Shown here: piece by piece, positions 58,457 to 64,000 of the stretch | Position numbering within the stretch: the stretch's first letter is position 1 | Layout of the letters: each line of letters opens with the position of its first letter | Assembly: GCA_052327205.1 (NCBI GenBank) | Contig: CM126209.1 | Coordinates: 39,246,001-39,310,000 of the forward strand | Direction: 5' to 3' | From: Somniosus microcephalus | Lineage: Eukaryota | DNA: 64,000 nt | Notes under the pieces: generated by a model | What the model was told of the DNA's origin: nothing | What the model saw: the letters and a program-made list of their open reading frames with translations, nothing else | The model's database searches: none | Program-made: the position numbers and the translations under genes

Positions 58457-61218
58457 ATGTCATTTTAAGTAGATCATATACTTCCAGGCAGCTGAGAATG
58501 CAGGTGTGTTACATTATTTTCCATTCCTGTGTAGGAAAATTTTTAATGGGGTCTGGTATTGTGAAAAATAGAATGGCATTTTCATTGTGGAACAAAAATG
58601 TTACCAGCATAGAGGTGCATTTTCAATGGTCTTTGATCAAGTAATTTTAGCCTTTGATTTCCCAAGTTGTAGTATATAGATAAGGTTCAAATCTTGTAGT
58701 TATAATGCTTATATGGTAATATAGGTAAATATTGTGTAGTTAACTGCCCACCTTAAGCACCCTATTATGACTATATTATCTACTGCATTATCTACTAAGT
58801 GGCCATGAAGCCACCCCATTACTCTTAGCCTAATTTTTAGTAAGATCTTAGTTCAGAGAAAATAGGTTGTGGTGAATGAGGGTATGATTTATAGCACGTT
58901 AGGTTCCAAGAGCTAGTGATGAATCTGTGACAGAATGGAGTGGAACAGACAGGCATTGTCGATGGAGCTGTTTATTGGTTCACTGGGGTTCATTATGGCA
59001 TCAGGTTTTTTATCTGAGTGAGTAATACTTCTCCTGATGAATGTGTGCACAGAGTAGACTGGCAAAATCTGCATGACCCATCAGCTCTATCGTTTGATTT
59101 ATGACTGCTTAGGAGTTGGGAAGATCACACTCGCAATGCAGAAAGTACCTGACAACCAGTATTTCTAAAGAAGCACATGCATTATATATTGTTTAAACTG
59201 TTGATCCAAATTGCAAGCTTGAATTCAGCAAAAAAGATTAAAAAACTATTAATGTGTGTGTGTGTGAATATATAAAAGACTGCTAGTTGTTGGCTTTCCC
59301 TGTGGGGATGTAAGGCTGAATATGGTGTATTGACTGGAGTACTGTATGTGGCTGTAGTCATAAATTCATTCTAAATAGTGTATGTATATGTATGATGGCT
59401 TATGAGAAAAAAGATGCAGGAGTTACAAAAACTGGTTCATGAAACTGTTGTGTATCTATTATTACATTGTATAATTGTTGCTTTCAGTTTATCATAATCT
59501 TAAGAGAAACTATTTTAAGCATAGTTGTGGTTCGAAGTCGAGCAGAAAAATGTGATTTAAGACTTTCTAATTTACTATGTCCAAATGGTAGGCCTCAATT
59601 TAAGCATGTTTGAAATCATGGCAAGGGGAATCCGAAAAGCAGCTAAAGTGATGGAAGGTAATCAGAGGTCAAATATTTATGAAGTTTTTAATTGTGCACT
59701 CTGATTGAGATAGCTGAGATTGCTATATTACCTGCACTTAGTGCTAAAAGTAATGCTGCAGAGAATACAAAAGCCAGTGCAGCTTGGGATTCCATTGGGA
59801 TGTCGAACCTTGTTTTTGGGACGCATAACCATTTTTTATTGGTTTTGTAAGATTGATTTTTGTTTGTATGCATCCACGCTAAAAAAGTGTTGGAGTACTT
59901 ATGAGGTATTAGTTTTTACTAAAGAACTTAATTTAAATGTGCCCATACTAATGCTCTTTATGTAGTGTGCAATGTATTACATCTCCTTCATGCATGGCTT
60001 TGAGAATAATATGCTTGTCGATTTAAATGGTGATTTTTTTTTTCCCCCCCCTCCCACAAAACATTGATGAATTTGTTTTATGAATTGTATTAATGCTTTT
60101 GTGGTGGTGGGGTGGGGTAGAAACACACTGGTCACCTAGATCAGGATGTATAACCTGTGGTCCTATGGGCCATATATGGCCCTTGGGTCATGTCAATCGA
60201 CTCTTGAAGCCTGAGCAATTCAGTCCTATTTGCATGGGTGTTTATTATTCGCTGGCATGTTCTATTCAAGTTTTGTGGGTGTAAAAGTTTGGAAAGGGCT
60301 GATTTTAAGTTAAAAGTAGTTGCCTGGGTTTTAAAGAGCAGATTTCCAAGGCTGTGACTGCAGTTTGCACATCATGACCTCTATAATTTATGGGGAGCAA
60401 TATGCTCTTGGTGGTTGATGTTAAATAAATGGGGAGTGGAAGAACTGAAGGTAGATAAAGGGGATGATATAACTCCAGTTTGTATGCTGGTAGAGAATGA
60501 GAATCACTTTGGCTAAATGTGCTCAGTCAATAGTTTCACAGTACTGCTTTGTTAGATGTCAAGAAGTGACCAGGCTTAGACTAAAGAATCTTAAGAGGGG
60601 AACCTCCTCCACAATTGACTGTAATAGATGTGTTCATGTCAAGGCAGATGGGTGAAAGACAAGTTTAACATCCCTATGCACCCTGGTAACAAACAGTAAA
60701 GTTTGGCTGTAGAGCATTTGTTGTTCTTGGTAAGTCTGTATGTGGATGGACAAACAATACTATGTTATCTGCTACATTAATTTATAGAAATGGGAAGCAG
60801 GCCAATTAACACATTGGTGCCTGAATTGAGGGGTAGTACTCTTGGACTGAACACTTACCTGAGGTAGACAACATAAGGGCAGATTGTTTACATCTCATTA
60901 TTTCACTGTCCTGTAGGAGAGACTTGCATTCAAATAGAGAGGGTGGGGGTGGTCAACTGTTACATGTGAACTTCAGATGTGATTTATTGAAAGTTACGAC
61001 TGTTACATCTTCAATAGTCGATGTCTTGACTTCGATCAAACAGGTCATGCACTAATATGACGTGTCAAAAATGGGAAATATTTGTTACAAAGTCAGTTAG
61101 TCCCTTCTCATAAATGTCATTCACTTTGTAGGGTATCTCTAGCATTTATTTGAAGTTGATTTGACACCCAATTTTAATTAGGAATGTTGCAGCTATTTTG
61201 TTTTTTTCATTACCTATA

Positions 61219-61647
61219 CAGGAAACTTTGTGATATCCGGCACCGACGGGACCGAGCTGTTGCCGTCCCATCCTGTATTTGGTTTGTATGGGGATTGACT
61301 CAGTGTCCTGTTTAAGCAGGCTACAGGGAACTTTGGTTTATCCGGAGGTTAACTGTCCAGCATGCTCGAGCCACTGGCAAAATTCAGGAGTCGGTTCAGT
61401 AAGTTTTTTTTCTTTTCATAGCTTTTTTTTCCCACCAGTCAGGCTCTATAAGGTCTAGCTAAAGCTGTTGCTTAGCTACAGAGACGCTTGCAAGATACGG
61501 CCGACTGTTTAGAAGCTGTTGCAACAGGGTTTGTTGCTAGATACGGAGCTCAAAAAAGCTTCCGCATGTTTTAACATTAGAGCTGGTTTGTCCGGCAGTT
61601 TTGATGGGACGGCAACAGGTCGGTGCCGGATATCACAAAGTTTCCTG
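61219..61647. mobile_element. pogo/Tigger-like MITE with a duplicated inverted end
   Basis: Perfect 29-bp TIR CAGGAAACTTTGTGATATCCGGCACCGAC with TA flanks; extra internal end at 61324. Confidence 0.85.
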
Positions 61648-62869
61648 TATTTGGAAATAATGCCCAGGTAGACTTTCATTGGTTCCCAATTAGGAGCTTC
61701 ATTTAGTTCTACAGAAGTTAAAACACCCATCCTTTGAATTTCTTCGAATGTGTAATCTAAAGCTTCTTGTCTGGAAGATAGCACTGTTGGCATTAGTTTT
61801 GACTTGCAGACCTGCAAGTCTTCATTTTAGATCAGCAGCATTTGGCCTGCAATTCTGACAGGTGGTCCTTGGGACTCAGCTGGTGTTCTTACCAAAACTT
61901 GCTTCCCAGTTTCTTTTATCCACTACCACTATCAGTCAGGACAGAAACATAATTTTCACTGTGTAGCTATTTCTAGAGTCCCAAGTTACTATGGCTGGGA
62001 ATTTCCTCAGGGCACTTTTGCTGTTAGAGGAGAGTCGGGGTGGGAGTTCACCCTGCTGCGATCCTAACCCATTTTCCTGGGTCAGAGATCCTTATGCATG
62101 CGGGGCAGGCTCCTGGTGGGAAGTTGGATTCTGCTACTGCGAGTTGGTGGTGCTGCAGTGGGCCACAGTGCTGCAGCACCAAAAGGAGAAGGAGGAACTG
62201 TTCATGGGGAAGCTGAACTCTGAAGACTTTTTTTTTAAGTTGTAAGAAAGCTCGCCATGAGCTGAGCAGATTCTTAACGTCAGGTGGGTCTTGAGATGGA
62301 GAGGAACCCATTACTAGGCTCTGTCTCTCCAGTATTCTAGGGCACTAGCAGCAAGGGCAGTGCCTGAGGATCTACCGTCGCCCCTGTCCTACTGGTCCTT
62401 GGGGTTGGCAGCAGTGGGGAAACCAGTCTATCAGCCGATTTCTTGGGCAGCTAGCTGACTTCCCTGCGACGGGGTAGAGAAAGACATTTTAGAGGGGCAG
62501 TGATTGGAGTGGAGATAAGGCAGCAGGCCTCCCTGTGCCATTTCCATTGATCTTCCTCTGCTATATCGCCTGGTTTTTATGTTTCTTGTAAAAAGCTATT
62601 TCAGAAATCTTCACATGTTCGTTTAATACGGTTCAAAGACATGAGGTAAACTAGTGACCAACCAGGAGTAGCTAAATGGATGATTTAGTTCAGTGCTGTG
62701 TCCAGTCAGGTTTTGAAATTAATTACAACGCTGCCACATAGTGTTTTCTTACTTTAAAATGAAATGGAGCGGTAGCACAGGTGCGGAGGGTTTGAATCCC
62801 TTCAATCTGGCTTCCATTCTCCCAAAGCACCTGTTTTGCCCTTGGTAAAGTCACCTATGACAGTCCTTC

Positions 62870-63870
62870 GACTGCAACCATGGCGCATTATTTATTCCTC
62901 CTTGTGCTCTTCAACTTCCTTTGGCCCACTTCTGTGGTTCTGTGCTCTCATTATTCCCTCCTACTTTTTACAGCATAACTAGCACAATTCCTGTCATGGC
63001 TCCTCTTCCTGCAGCCACAATGATGTGCCCGAGGGCTCCATACTTGCTCCCCTCCTATTTCTAGTTTGCACGCTGTCCTTGCTGACATCTGGAAGTCTGC
63101 TTCCAATGTATGTTGGCAACACCCAACTCTGTGCCACCATCCTTGCCTCCACGATTGTTGCGATTGTGTTTGACTGCTTCTCAAACATCAAGCTGTGGGT
63201 GAGTTACTTTAACATTGGTAAGATTGAATCCATCTTCAGCTCCTGTTGGAAACTCTGCATCCTACTGCTGTATTCCACCACCTGAGAGTTCAGTCTCTCT
63301 GTTTTGTTTGACCCTGAGCTGAACTTCACACCCTATTTCCACATCAATCTCTATCTTGACCTCACCGTTGCTGAAACACTCAGTCAGGCCTTTGTCCGCT
63401 CCAGGATCGATTTCTCCATGATTTCCATGCCTTGCTCCTATACCAACTCCAAATTGTTTAAAATTCTGCTGTATGCTTCCTATCCGAAATCCGTGTCTCT
63501 CAATGAATTGATTTCAAAATTTACAATCTTGCTTACAATATAATCCAGCTCTGTGTCTCCAGTCACAATCTGTGTTCTTATGATGCTGGCCTACCATGCA
63601 TTTATTCTTTTTCTCAGCCCCTTTCTACCCCTCACCCTGAGGTACACTGTACCATCATCGGCAGAGCCTTCCGCTATCATACCTCTGCATTCTAGAAGTC
63701 TGTTTCTAAATCCCTCTACCTAGCTGCATCTCTCCACCTTTAACAACCTCAAAATCTGTCTTCAGTCACCTCCCATAACTTGGTCCCCTGCCCCATTCTT
63801 GCTGAATGTTTGACCCCACCTCATGCAGCACCTTTGGGGTCTCATTTCATTAGAGTTGCTGTGCAAATGA
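62870..63870 (+). mobile_element. Highly decayed L2 RT/3' fragment
   Basis: VPEGSILAPLLF..., MYVGNTQL (decayed YADDTQL), FDPELNF, AETLSQAFV.SRID. Confidence 0.7.
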
Positions 63871-64000
63871 CCAAGCAAGTAGTTCCCAGAACAAATCAAG
63901 TCAAGCTTTACTTCTACACTGCATAGAGGATGCATATCGTTGGAAGAATAAAGGAGGAGGGTAGGAAAGTAGTACAGTAATAGACATGTGGGGCTGTTCT

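Noticed and set aside
61990-62575. Possible further MITE in the BUB3 intron
   Set aside because: GC-richer and repeat-like, but no TIR pair or TSD could be defined
56624-64000. Next BUB3 exon (VYTLSV...)
   Set aside because: Not found; presumably beyond the window end

Overview
Vertebrate genomic DNA, most likely from a shark or other cartilaginous fish (inferred from the DeuSINE/CR1/L2/Penelope repeat content), containing the syntenic HMX3-HMX2-BUB3 block on the + strand. HMX3 (299 aa) and HMX2 (267 aa) are complete two-exon genes; BUB3 has a CpG-island promoter and its first three coding exons here. The first ~20 kb is a stack of nested transposons. A decayed two-gene PIF/Harbinger carries a MITE, a solo LTR, a SINE and a CR1 piece. 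Next to it, an old CR1 RT fragment is split by a CsRn1/Kabuki-type Ty3/Gypsy element (tRNA-Trp PBS, CHCC Gag, 4-bp TSD), which is itself split inside its zinc knuckle by a very young Mag-type Gypsy element (LTRs 233/235 identical, 5-bp TSD, 1304-aa ORF). Two observations stand out. (1) The inner element has no tRNA primer-binding site; in its place is a perfect 14-nt complement of its own LTR poly(A)-signal region, suggesting self-primed reverse transcription, and its RT motif is YLDN. (2) An apparently unannotated, heavily decayed multi-exon coding gene lies on the minus strand at ~18.2-28.9 kb, head-to-head with HMX3, revealed by an internal repeated domain whose two copies differ by synonymous changes. 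All alignments and counts were done by eye; no database searches were run.
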